Of a DNA stretch of 64,000 nt, positions 26,377 to 34,815 are shown piece after piece. The notes under the pieces are model-generated. The model made no database searches and was not told where the DNA came from. It saw only the letters and a program-made list of their open reading frames with translations. Source of the DNA: Thermoplasmata archaeon (GTDB lineage: Archaea; Thermoplasmatota; Thermoplasmata; Lutacidiplasmatales; UBA184); contig JAKAVQ010000001.1 in assembly GCA_021817245.1 (NCBI GenBank), positions 212,265 to 276,264 of the forward strand. The letters are read 5' to 3'. Made by a program: the position numbers and the translations under genes. Positions within the stretch are counted from its first letter, which is position 1; every line of letters starts with the position of its first letter.

Positions 26377-27879
26377 TCACCGCATCTCCGCGAGGCATAT
26401 CTCGATGAAGTCGAGCGCGCCCTCGACGGCGGGCCCGCCGGTCGAGAGCTCGAGGCGCGCGTCCTGCAGGAGGCCGAAGACCTCCTCGACGGCCGACTCG
26501 TGCTTCAGTGCGGCGTCCTGGAGATCGCCCTCCCCGGCGAGGCGGGTGAGCTGGTACGTTCCCCGCAGATCGAGCAGCTTGGCGAAGAGGTCCATGAGTT
26601 GCGTCCGCGCCCCGGCGTTCCCGTTCGCGAGCGCATGCTCGGTCGAGTCGATGAAGCGCACCAGCGTCTCGGTCTCCTTGTCGTTCTGCATCCGGGCCTG
26701 GAGCATCGCGAGCCGGCGGAGGACCGCGCCCTGCGACGGTGACGGGAGCTTCTCCGCTTCGGTCCACGCCTGGAGCAGCGCCCGTGCCGCCTCGACGACG
26801 GCATGGCGGGCGTACTGCACCCGGGCCTCCCAGTACAGTCGTGTCACCGCCGGGAGCACCAGTTGGGCTTTCGCGATGCGGGAGAGCGCAAGGTCGTACT
26901 CCCCCTGGAGGTACGCCTCGACGATCTCGCCGAGCGGACCGTACCGTTCCTTGAGGTACGCGGGAGGGCCGGCCGCGCTCGCGAGCACGCCGACCTCGAG
27001 GTCGGGCGCCTCCGTGTACGCGTTCACGCCGTTCGCCCGGGCCGCGACCTGCGCGCTGCGGATCCGCGCGACCGTCGCGTGCTGCTGCGGCTCTTTCAGC
27101 GCGCGGGCGGCGTTCGCGGCATGCCGAGCGAGCTCTTCGGGATGCATCTCTTCGAGTGCAAGGTCGCTGTCGTACGAGACGTCGATGAACGCATGGACCA
27201 TCTGGGTGAAGAGCGCGGTCCCCGTGGTCACCTCTTGGAATCCGAACGGCGCCGGCAGCCCGAGCGCCTGGGCGCGCGCGGTGAGCTGATCGATCAGCTG
27301 GTTCATCCGGCCGGCGTCGACGCCCTTGTCCCGCTCCGTCCCGTTCCCGATGCCGATCAGGCGCAGCGAGAGCCGGGAGTTCGCGGGGAGCAGGTACGGG
27401 ACGAGATCGACCTTTCCCTCGGGCAACGCGGCCCCGGGCGAAGCCCGGACATCGAAGCGGCCCGAGGCGTTGTCCCATCCGTCCGTCACGAGCACGAGGT
27501 TCCCGCGCACGCCGTCCGTGCCCTGGCGCAACAGGTCGGCGCCGGTCGCGATCGCGTCCCAGATGGCGGAGCGGCCGCTCGGCGTCAGGAGCGAGATGAG
27601 GTTCTCGATGTAGGGGAGGTTCTCCTTGTGGATCTCCCCGAGCGGTACGGGGACCCGGACCACTTCCGTGAACGTCACGAGACCGAAGAGCGCCCCCGAG
27701 TTGGCGGCCTCCTCGAGGATGCGAAAGACGGCGGTCCGGGCGACCTCGACCTTCTGGCGCTCCGGCCGGCTCGTGTCGGGATCCGGTAGCGGCGCGAGCA
27801 TGCTCTTCGAAAGGTCGAGCAGGAGCACATGGCGCTCGCGGGCAGCGGCCGGTACCGAAGCAGGTGCGTCGTTCAACAT
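26377..27879 (-). CDS. von Willebrand factor A (vWA) domain protein with MIDAS motif and C-terminal alpha-helical domain
   Basis: HVLLLDLSKSM (DxSxS), …SGRSAIWDAIATGADLL…, NLVLVTDGWDNAS (T…D of MIDAS). ~300-aa helical C-terminal half. Lies 19 nt upstream of the GTPase gene on the same strand. Confidence 0.8.
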   Translation of the reverse strand: MLNDAPASVPAAARERHVLLLDLSKSMLAPLPDPDTSRPERQKVEVARTAVFRILEEAANSGALFGLVTFTEVVRVPVPLGEIHKENLPYIENLISLLTPSGRSAIWDAIATGADLLRQGTDGVRGNLVLVTDGWDNASGRFDVRASPGAALPEGKVDLVPYLLPANSRLSLRLIGIGNGTERDKGVDAGRMNQLIDQLTARAQALGLPAPFGFQEVTTGTALFTQMVHAFIDVSYDSDLALEEMHPEELARHAANAARALKEPQQHATVARIRSAQVAARANGVNAYTEAPDLEVGVLASAAGPPAYLKERYGPLGEIVEAYLQGEYDLALSRIAKAQLVLPAVTRLYWEARVQYARHAVVEAARALLQAWTEAEKLPSPSQGAVLRRLAMLQARMQNDKETETLVRFIDSTEHALANGNAGARTQLMDLFAKLLDLRGTYQLTRLAGEGDLQDAALKHESAVEEVFGLLQDARLELSTGGPAVEGALDFIEICLAEMR

Positions 27880-28057
27880 CGGATGGTTGCAGGGAATCGG
27901 GAGGACGTCACTGGTTTCCTAGAGCCCCACGGTTCCCCGGTCCGCTCTGCCCATGTGCACGCCGTATTTACCTCGGAGAAGGTATTTGTGGCTTCCGACG
28001 GTTATACGCCGCGGAGGCCCGAAAGGACGCCAAATCCGTTCCGGCGCGGCTCGGGTA

Positions 28058-28068
28058 ACCTTATAGTC
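28058..28068 (+). promoter_or_regulatory. TATA-like box (CCTTATAGTC) ~27 nt upstream of the S17e ATG; leaderless-type promoter
   Basis: AT-rich hexamer in otherwise ~70% GC DNA at archaeal TATA spacing from the start codon; no SD. Confidence 0.4.
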
Positions 28069-28092
28069 CGGACTCGAAGTGGCCCCGCCCGC

Positions 28093-28317
28093 ATGGGCAA
28101 CATCCGCCAGACGTACATCAAGCGCGTCGCGATCGAGCTGATCCGTCACTATCCCGAATCGTTCGGCGGGGACTTCGCCCAGAACAAGCAGAAGGTCCTC
28201 GAGCTGACCGACCTCGGCGTGTCCGTCGACGGGAAGACGCACGTCACCCACAAGAAGCTCGCGAACCGGATCGCCGGCTATGCGACCCGGTACATGAAGC
28301 GCAAGCGCGGCACCTAG
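28093..28317 (+). CDS. rps17e: 30S ribosomal protein S17e
   Basis: MGNIRQTYIKRVAIELIRHYPESFGGDFAQNKQKVLELTDLGVSVDGKTHVTHKKLANRIAGYATRYMKRKRGT. The 5' part of ORF 27829..28317 is non-coding. Confidence 0.9.
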   Translation: MGNIRQTYIKRVAIELIRHYPESFGGDFAQNKQKVLELTDLGVSVDGKTHVTHKKLANRIAGYATRYMKRKRGT

Positions 28318-28346
28318 CCGTTGCGCTGAACCCGGGTCCCCCGGGC

Positions 28347-29012
28347 CTAGTCGAGGATCCCCAGCCCTTCCTGCAAGTGGACGATCTCGACCGGGGTGGT
28401 GGGCCGGCCGACGAGGAAACCGCGGGAGTTCGCGACGACGCAGGCGCCCACGATCGGTACTCCGAAGTTCGCGGTCGACCGGTGGATCGGGACCTTGAAG
28501 ATCTCGTGCAAGAGCTCGACCTCTCGCTCGGTCGCCTTCGGATGGACGACGACGCCCCGGTTCGTCGCCACGCCGGCCATGCCGACGGTCCCGAGCCCGG
28601 CGATCGTGGCGCGACGGGCGGGGACACCGAGCGCCCGGCCGATCGCGTTGACGGTCTCGGGGGGGAACTCCGGGTGCACGACGGCGCCCGTGTCGTTCGC
28701 AAGGATGTTGTTGCCCATCGCGTTCTGCCGCTGGCGCACGATGTGGACCGGGGCGATCTCTTCGAGGCGGCGGCGGTCCGCCGCGTCGACGTCGTCCCCG
28801 AGGACGATGCCGTGGGAGTTCGCGGCGACCATCGCGCCCACGACCTCCGAGTCGAAGACCCCGCAGCGAACGAGGCGGATTCCGAGTAGGCGTTCGAGGT
28901 CGTGCTCGATGGCGCGCGGAGCGCTCTGCGGTCCGATCGCCACCGCCTCCCCCGCCCGCAGGTAGACCCCGAGATAGGGGCTGCCCGCAAAGAGGGTGCG
29001 TCCGACCGGCAC
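28347..29012 (-). CDS. eif6: translation initiation factor 6 (aIF6)
   Basis: 221 aa with the pentameric repeat character of IF6 (…GSPYLGVYLRAGEAVAIGP…, …NSHGIVLGDD…, …NDTGAVVHPE…, …NRGVVVHPKA…, …NSRGFLVGRP…). Confidence 0.85.
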   Translation of the reverse strand: MPVGRTLFAGSPYLGVYLRAGEAVAIGPQSAPRAIEHDLERLLGIRLVRCGVFDSEVVGAMVAANSHGIVLGDDVDAADRRRLEEIAPVHIVRQRQNAMGNNILANDTGAVVHPEFPPETVNAIGRALGVPARRATIAGLGTVGMAGVATNRGVVVHPKATEREVELLHEIFKVPIHRSTANFGVPIVGACVVANSRGFLVGRPTTPVEIVHLQEGLGILD

Positions 29013-29034
29013 TCTAGGCGTCTCCCGGGGAGGG

Positions 29035-29331
29035 CTACTGGGTCTCGAGGAGGTCGACCTCGATCAGGCCGTCCTCGAAACGGATCGCCTTCACCCGGAC
29101 CTGGCGCGGAATGTGCTGGACTCCCCGTTCCCATATGCGCTCGTTGAGGCGCGGGTCGATCCAGACGTCCTCGGGCTGGCCCTTCATGTGTCGGACGACG
29201 AACCGCCGGACGGTCTCGAGGGCATGACCGGCGCGGCGCCGTCGGGAGGGCTGGTGCTGGCTGGCTCGCAGGGGGATCACGTACTCCCGCTCGAGCTCCT
29301 CGGCGTGTCGGGTCGTGGTCTTCGCAGGCAC
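29035..29331 (-). CDS. rpl31e: 50S ribosomal protein L31e
   Basis: MPAKTTTRHAEELEREYVIPLRASQHQPSRRRRAGHALETVRRFVVRHMKGQPEDVWIDPRLNERIWERGVQHIPRQVRVKAIRFEDGLIEVDL. GTG start with GGAGGAG SD 6 nt upstream. Confidence 0.9.
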   Translation of the reverse strand: MPAKTTTRHAEELEREYVIPLRASQHQPSRRRRAGHALETVRRFVVRHMKGQPEDVWIDPRLNERIWERGVQHIPRQVRVKAIRFEDGLIEVDLLETQ

Positions 29332-29346
29332 GGTCGTTCTCCTCCG

Positions 29347-29505
29347 TTACTTGTGCAGGTGGCCCCGCTTCCAGGTATGGCGCTTCGGGTGGCGGGTGAC
29401 CTGCCGGTTCGTTCGCTGCATGACCCAAGCCGGGACCCGGCGGTTCGAACGCACCAGGCGCAGCAGGCGGGTCTTGCGGGCGAGGCTCTTCCTACGGTTC
29501 GCCAT
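29347..29505 (-). CDS. rpl39e: 50S ribosomal protein L39e (52 aa; below the ORF-track length cutoff)
   Basis: Minus-strand translation gives [56 protein letters not shown] lies 8 nt upstream. Flanked by the L31e and PDCD5-like genes, as in the conserved archaeal cluster. Confidence 0.8.
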   Translation of the reverse strand: MANRRKSLARKTRLLRLVRSNRRVPAWVMQRTNRQVTRHPKRHTWKRGHLHK

Positions 29506-29517
29506 CGGTTCGACTCC

Positions 29518-29877
29518 TCAGCGGCGGGTGATCGTGATCTCGCGGCGGTCCGGCGCGATCCGCTCGAGCAGGGCTCGGAGCGTCGCGTCGTCGACCTGTC
29601 GCTGCAACCGCCCGCTCGCCGCCAGCGCGATCAGCTGCTGCTCGACCGTGGAGGCGACATCGGGCTTCGCGAGGCGAATGCGGCCGAGCCGTTCGCGGGC
29701 CTCGGGCGTGAGGATCCTCCGGAGCACCTCGCTCCGCTCCGACTCGCGGCGCTGCATCTCGGCCTCTTGGGCCGCGTACGCCTGAGCGTTCGCGCTTTCG
29801 GAGACCTGCATCTGCTGGAGCTGCTGAAGGCGACGCCGACGGATCTCGGTGAGCTCGGCATCCTCCCCGTACGCCAT
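29518..29877 (-). CDS. PDCD5-like DNA-binding protein (archaeal COG2118 family)
   Basis: MAYGEDAELTEIRRRRLQQLQQMQ…LRRILTPEARERLGRIRLAKPDVASTVEQQLIALAASGRLQ…; sits at the conserved position between S19e and L39e. The remainder of ORF 29518..31374 is shadow. Confidence 0.8.
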   Translation of the reverse strand: MAYGEDAELTEIRRRRLQQLQQMQVSESANAQAYAAQEAEMQRRESERSEVLRRILTPEARERLGRIRLAKPDVASTVEQQLIALAASGRLQRQVDDATLRALLERIAPDRREITITRR

Positions 29878-29909
29878 CGACCGCTCCCCCCCGCCCCACC
29901 GTACGGCCC

Positions 29910-30365
29910 TCAGAGGTACTTGGCGAGTTCGGGTCGCTCGGACGCCAGCTTCTCGAGGATCCCTTTCGAGATCGACGCGAGCAGCTTCTCGCCCTCCGCG
30001 CTGACCCGTCGACCCTGGGTCTTGTAGCGCTGGACCAGGCCGGACTTCTCGAGCTGGTGGACGATCTCCCGCAGGATCGCGCGTGAACCGGTGCGAGCGT
30101 GATAGGGGGCGCTGCCCCGGTCCCGCTTGCCGCCGTACTCGCTGCTGAGGCGGGTGACGCCGATGTGACCCTTCACGTAGATCTTCCGAAGGACCGAAGC
30201 GCTGCGGAGGTACCACCAGTCCGTGGCCACGGGCGCGCGCTGCTTGTGGACGCCGGTCTTGACGAAGGTCGCCCACTCGGGCGGCTGGACCGCTTGCCGG
30301 TTCTTGAGCTCCGTCGCGAGCTGGGGGAGCAGGAGGGACGGAGGGACGTCGTTCGGATGGGTCAT
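29910..30365 (-). CDS. rps19e: 30S ribosomal protein S19e
   Basis: MTHPNDVPPSLLLPQLATELKNRQAVQPPEWATFVKTGVHKQRAPVATDWWYLRSASVLRKIYVKGHIGVTRLSSEYGG…. Confidence 0.9.
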   Translation of the reverse strand: MTHPNDVPPSLLLPQLATELKNRQAVQPPEWATFVKTGVHKQRAPVATDWWYLRSASVLRKIYVKGHIGVTRLSSEYGGKRDRGSAPYHARTGSRAILREIVHQLEKSGLVQRYKTQGRRVSAEGEKLLASISKGILEKLASERPELAKYL

Positions 30366-30387
30366 GGAGCGGCGCGGCCACTCGGCT

Positions 30388-30402
30388 GAGGTATTTAAAA
30401 AC
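30388..30402 (-). promoter_or_regulatory. TATA box (TTTTTAAATAC on the minus strand) ~27 nt upstream of the S19e ATG; promoter of the S19e–PDCD5–L39e–L31e–aIF6 operon
   Basis: Plus strand reads GAGGTATTTAAAAACTAAC, the most AT-rich 17-mer in the region. The spacing implies a leaderless or short-leader transcript. Confidence 0.5.
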
Positions 30403-30577
30403 TAACGCCGGTCCACGGAGAGAGGGAGGGCTCCGGTTCCGGCCGTTCCGGTCGCCCGTGCGCCACCGGGAGGCGGGAGAGACGGGGTCGCAGGCCGTCC
30501 TCGCCGCCCCCGGAGCGCGGGACTCGAGGTTAACTAGCGGGCGCCGCGTGGGGGATGCGGAGCTCGAACGGAGCGCG

Positions 30578-31186
30578 ATGGCGAACGCGGCGCTCATCCT
30601 CGCGGCCGGAGCGTCGAGCCGCTTTGGCGGCTCTCCGAAGGCCCTTCTACCGGTCGACGAGCGCACGGCGGTGCGTCGGATTGCGGAAGTGGCGCTCGCC
30701 GAGGGCGCCTCGCCGGTCGTTGTCGTGATCGGGGCGCTCCGAGGTCCGATCGCGCACGAGCTGCGGGGACTGCCAGTTGAGCTGGTCGAGGCGGAGAACT
30801 GGTACGAGGGAAGGACCGCATCGATCCAGGCCGGCGTGCGCGCGCTCCCTGAGGAACACGACCTCCTGTTCTGGCCGGTCGACCACCCTTTCGTGACGGA
30901 ACGCACCGTGGGGACGTTGTTCGCGCTGAAAGAGCGGGACCTCCTTGGGACGTGGTTCATTCCGACGTACCAAGGGCGCGGCGGCCACCCGGTCCTCTGG
31001 CGGGCCTGCGTGCGGACGGCCTTGCTCGAGCTGCGCACCGACGCTCCGGTCCGGTCCCTGTTGCCCGAGCTGGGACCCCAGGTCCGGCGCTTTTCGGTCG
31101 ACGATCCCGGGGTGCTCGAGAACGTCGACGACCCCGAGCAGTTCCGGGCCGCCCACCAAGCGTGGCGTGCTCGCGAGGGGGTCTGA
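30578..31186 (+). CDS. MocA/MobA-like molybdenum-cofactor nucleotidyltransferase (probable MCD synthesis for the Mo-hydroxylase)
   Basis: MANAALILAAGASSRFGGSPKALLPVDERTAV… matches the NTP_transf_3 N-terminal motif (LAAGxSxRxG). ~200 aa. Confidence 0.75.
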   Translation: MANAALILAAGASSRFGGSPKALLPVDERTAVRRIAEVALAEGASPVVVVIGALRGPIAHELRGLPVELVEAENWYEGRTASIQAGVRALPEEHDLLFWPVDHPFVTERTVGTLFALKERDLLGTWFIPTYQGRGGHPVLWRACVRTALLELRTDAPVRSLLPELGPQVRRFSVDDPGVLENVDDPEQFRAAHQAWRAREGV

Positions 31187-31192
31187 CCGCCC

Positions 31193-32038
31193 GTGGATCG
31201 GCGAGAACTGCACGAGGCGCTCCGGCTCGTCGAGGCGCACCGGCCGTTCGTCCGCGCGGTGGTGGTGTCGGCGACGGGCTCCGTGCCGGGGAAGCCGGGG
31301 GCCTCGATGCTGGTGCGCGAGGACGGCTCGGCCATCGGGACGGTCGGCGGGGCCGCGCTCGAGGAGCGGGTCAAGGAGCTGGCCCGAGCCGCGTTCGAGC
31401 AAGGCTCGGGAGGGCTCCATCACTTCGACCTCGCCGCCTGGAGGTCCGGGGGGCTCCCGAGCCTCTGTGGCGGCTCCGTTGAGATCGCGATCGAGTACGT
31501 CGGAGCTCGCCCGCACCTTCTCCTCTGGGGCGGGGGCCACGTGGCACACGCCCTCGCCGCGCTCCTTCCTCCGCTCGAGTACGACTACAGCGTCGCCGAC
31601 GATCGGGAGGATTGGGTCGGCGAGGAACGGTTCCCCTTGGCGGGGCGACGGGCGGTGGTGGCGCCGACAGCGCTGTGGCAGACGTTCGAGCCCGATGAGT
31701 ACACGCACCTCTTCGTCCTCGGCTACGACGCACGCAAGGATCTCGAGGTGCTCGCCGCGTCGATCGAACGATTCCCGGGGGCGATCGGGCTCATCGCGAG
31801 CGCCGCGAAGCGCGAGCACGTGTTCGCGTCGCTCCGGGATCGAGGGTTCTCCCGGGAGTCGATCGACCGCGTCCGATCCCCGGTCGGGATCGGGATCGGG
31901 GCCGAGAGCCCGCCCGAGATCGCCGTGAGCATCGTCGCCGAGCTCGTCGCCGAGCGCCACCCCCCGCGGTTCCGTACTCGAACAGTTGATAGTCGAGCGC
32001 AGCTTCGCGAGCGCGATGGCCAGCCCCGACCGCGTTAG
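31193..32038 (+). CDS. XdhC/CoxI-family Mo-hydroxylase maturation factor
   Basis: GTG start. …RAVVVSATGSVPGKPGASMLV…, LLLWGGGHVAHALAAL…, HLFVLGYDARKDLEVL…, VRSPVGIGIGAESPPEIAVSIVAELVAERH (Rossmann-like XdhC C-terminal domain). The C-terminus overlaps the next gene by ~23 nt. Confidence 0.8.
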   Translation: MDRRELHEALRLVEAHRPFVRAVVVSATGSVPGKPGASMLVREDGSAIGTVGGAALEERVKELARAAFEQGSGGLHHFDLAAWRSGGLPSLCGGSVEIAIEYVGARPHLLLWGGGHVAHALAALLPPLEYDYSVADDREDWVGEERFPLAGRRAVVAPTALWQTFEPDEYTHLFVLGYDARKDLEVLAASIERFPGAIGLIASAAKREHVFASLRDRGFSRESIDRVRSPVGIGIGAESPPEIAVSIVAELVAERHPPRFRTRTVDSRAQLRERDGQPRPR

Positions 32039-32486
32039 CTTCCGGCTGAACGGACAGCCGGTCGAACCGTCCTGCCCACCGGAGCGGATCCTCCTCGATC
32101 TCCTCCGCGAGGAGCTGCGGCTCACCGGGACGAAGCGCGGGTGCGACCTCGGCACCTGCGGCTGCTGCACCGTCCTCGTTGACGGTCGGCCGACCTTGAG
32201 CTGTCTTACCCTCGCGCGCCTCGTCGACGGTCGGTCGGTCGATACGATCGAGGGCCTGTCGCCGGCCCAAGGCCTCTCGCCGGTCCAGCGGTCGTTCGTC
32301 GAGCACGGGGCGACCCAGTGCGGGTTCTGCACGCCCGGGTTCGTCGTGACGGCCACCGCCCTTCTCCGGCGGAACCCGCACCCCTCGCGCGCCGAGATCG
32401 AGGGCGCGATCGCGGGCAATCTCTGCCGGTGCACCGGATACCGGAAGATCGTCGAGGCGATCGAGGCGGCCGCCGGAGGACGCTGA
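32016..32486 (+). CDS. [2Fe-2S]-binding small subunit of a xanthine dehydrogenase/CO dehydrogenase-family molybdoenzyme
   Basis: …GTKRGCDLGTCGCCTVLVDGRP… (plant-ferredoxin-type cluster) and …QCGFCTPGFVV…CRCTGYRKI (second cluster). Confidence 0.9.
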   Translation: MASPDRVSFRLNGQPVEPSCPPERILLDLLREELRLTGTKRGCDLGTCGCCTVLVDGRPTLSCLTLARLVDGRSVDTIEGLSPAQGLSPVQRSFVEHGATQCGFCTPGFVVTATALLRRNPHPSRAEIEGAIAGNLCRCTGYRKIVEAIEAAAGGR

Positions 32487-34810
32487 TGGCGTCGGTGTCG
32501 GAGAGTCCGTACCGGTTGCTCGGCCGGCGGATCCCGTACGTGGAAGGGCCTCTCAAGGTCACCGGCCGGGCCGAGTACACGGACGATCTCCAGCGGCCCG
32601 GCATGCTGGTCGGCCGCCTGTTGCGGAGCCCCTGGCCGCACGCGCGTCTGCGCTCGATCGACGTCACCGCAGCCCGTGCCGTGCCGGGAGTGCACGCCGT
32701 GCTGACGGGCGACCGGTACCCGACCCCGTTCGGGGTCCTCCCGATCACGCACGACGAGACGGCGATCGCGGTCGGCAAGGCCCGCTACATCGGCGACATC
32801 GTCGCCGCCGTCGCGGCGAGCGACGAGCGTACGGCCGAGCGGGCCCTCTCGCTCGTGCGGTTCGACGTCGAGCCCCTGCCGGAGCACTCGGATCCGCGCA
32901 TGGGCGTCTCGAAGGTCGACGAACCGATCCACGCCCGGGGGCTTGCCGGTTCCAACGTCCAGAAGGAGGTCGTGCAGCACTTCGGAGATGTCGATCAGGC
33001 GTTCGCACGGGCCGCGCACTCGGTCCGGGTCCGCGGCACCTTCGCCGGCGTCACTCACGCATTCACCGAACCGATGGCCACGGTTGCGGAGGCGACGCCG
33101 GACGGGCGGCTCACCGTCTATAGCGCGACGCAGGTGCCGCACTACCTCCACCGCGCGCTCTCCGAGGTCCTGGGCCTCCCGATGCACCGGATCCGGGTGA
33201 TCAAACCCGAGGTCGGCGGCGGGTTCGGAGGGAAGTCCGATCCATTGCCCCACGAGATCGTCTGCGCCGCGCTCGCGATCGAGACCGGGCGCCCGGTGAA
33301 GATCCTCTTCGATCGGGAGGACGTCTTCTACACGAACCACGGGCGTCACCCGACCCAGAACGACGTCCGCATCGCGACCGACGCCGACGGAAACCTTCTC
33401 GCCTACGACATCGAAGCGCTGATCGACGGCGGCGCCTGGAGCTCGTTCGGGACCGTCACGACATACTACAACGGCGTCCTCTCCATGGGACCGTACCGCG
33501 TTCCGAACTTCCGGTACCGGGGACGACGCGTCTACACGAATCGGCCGCCGTCCGGCGCGATGCGCGCGCACGGCGGCACGAACATCCGCTACACCATCGA
33601 GGTCGCCCTCGACCGGCTCGCGGAGGAGATCGGGACCGACCCGTTCGACCTCCGCGTGCGGAACGCCCTCCCGCCGGACTCCACGACGATCAACCAGTTC
33701 CGCATCACCTCGAGCTCGTTCCTCGAATGCCTTTCCGCCGTCCGGACCGCGAGCGGATGGGACGAGAAGTTCCGAAAGCTCCCCTACGGCCGCGGCGTCG
33801 GGCTCGGCTGCGGCTTCTACATCTCGGGATCGAACAGCCCAATCCACTTCACGCCGAAGATGCCCCAGTCGACCGTCCATCTGAAGGTCGACATGGACGG
33901 CGGGATCGCGGTGCACTCGATGCAGGCCGACATCGGCCAAGGGTCGAACACGCTCCTCGCGGCGATCGTCGCCGAGGTCCTCGGCGTGGACCTCGATCGG
34001 GTGCACGTCCAGCGCGTCGACTCGGACGTGAGCCCGATCGATCTCGGATCGTACTCGAGCCGCGTGACGTTCATGATGGGCAACGCCGCCCGGCGCGCGG
34101 CCGAGGAGCTGAAGGAGCGCTTGCTCGCCGCCGCCGCCGAGCTGCTCGGACGGCCGGCGGCCTCCCTCAAGGTCGGCCACGAGCGGTTCGAACTCTCGGA
34201 GGACCCGTCGGTCGGCGTGCCGTTCCTCGAAGCCCTCCACCGCGCGATGGAGACGACCGGGGCGCTCACCTCGAGCGGGTCGTACCAGACCGACCCCCGG
34301 GGCGGCGCGTTCAAGGGGGCCAAGGCCGGGACGGCCCCGGCCTATTCGTTCGCGGCGTACGTCGCCGAGGTCGAGGTCGATCATGAGACCGGTGAGTACC
34401 GGGTCGAGAAGGTCTGGGCCGGGTTCGATTGCGGCCGGCCGCTCAACCGCCTGGCGGTCGAGGGCCAGATCGAGGGGTCGATCCACATGGGCCTCGGGCA
34501 GGTGCTCGGCGAGTCGATGAACTACCGGGGGGCCCGCCTGTTCAACCCGTCGCTCCTCGAGTACAAGATCCCGACGCCCCAGCAGATGCCCGAGGTCGAG
34601 ATCCTCCTGGTGGGACGGGACGACCCGGCCGGGCCGTTCGGCGCGAAGGAGGCGGGGGAAGGGCCGCTGATCGCCACGCTCCCGGCCGTGGGCAACGCGC
34701 TGTACGACGCGATCGGCGTGCGGTTCACCGAGCTGCCGATCACTCCGGATCGGGTCCTACGCGGGATCGACCGCCGGCACGCCGAGGGCCGCGGCTGGAA
34801 GGGGAGGTAG
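32486..34810 (+). CDS. molybdopterin-binding large subunit of a xanthine dehydrogenase/aldehyde oxidase/CO-dehydrogenase-family enzyme
   Basis: ATG overlaps the small-subunit TGA (TGATG). 774 aa with Ald_Xan_dh hammerhead and MoCo-binding regions (…AHGGTNIRYT…, …GQGSNTLLAAIVAEVLGV…, …GAKEAGEGPLIATLPAVGNAL…). Confidence 0.9.
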   Translation: MASVSESPYRLLGRRIPYVEGPLKVTGRAEYTDDLQRPGMLVGRLLRSPWPHARLRSIDVTAARAVPGVHAVLTGDRYPTPFGVLPITHDETAIAVGKARYIGDIVAAVAASDERTAERALSLVRFDVEPLPEHSDPRMGVSKVDEPIHARGLAGSNVQKEVVQHFGDVDQAFARAAHSVRVRGTFAGVTHAFTEPMATVAEATPDGRLTVYSATQVPHYLHRALSEVLGLPMHRIRVIKPEVGGGFGGKSDPLPHEIVCAALAIETGRPVKILFDREDVFYTNHGRHPTQNDVRIATDADGNLLAYDIEALIDGGAWSSFGTVTTYYNGVLSMGPYRVPNFRYRGRRVYTNRPPSGAMRAHGGTNIRYTIEVALDRLAEEIGTDPFDLRVRNALPPDSTTINQFRITSSSFLECLSAVRTASGWDEKFRKLPYGRGVGLGCGFYISGSNSPIHFTPKMPQSTVHLKVDMDGGIAVHSMQADIGQGSNTLLAAIVAEVLGVDLDRVHVQRVDSDVSPIDLGSYSSRVTFMMGNAARRAAEELKERLLAAAAELLGRPAASLKVGHERFELSEDPSVGVPFLEALHRAMETTGALTSSGSYQTDPRGGAFKGAKAGTAPAYSFAAYVAEVEVDHETGEYRVEKVWAGFDCGRPLNRLAVEGQIEGSIHMGLGQVLGESMNYRGARLFNPSLLEYKIPTPQQMPEVEILLVGRDDPAGPFGAKEAGEGPLIATLPAVGNALYDAIGVRFTELPITPDRVLRGIDRRHAEGRGWKGR

Positions 34811-34815
34811 GCCGG

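Noticed and set aside
29420-29445. GGTTCGAAC T-loop-like motif checked as a possible tRNA
   Set aside because: It lies inside the L39e coding sequence with no flanking cloverleaf complementarity. No tRNA-like structure was found in any intergenic gap, and no rRNA-length non-coding stretch exists.
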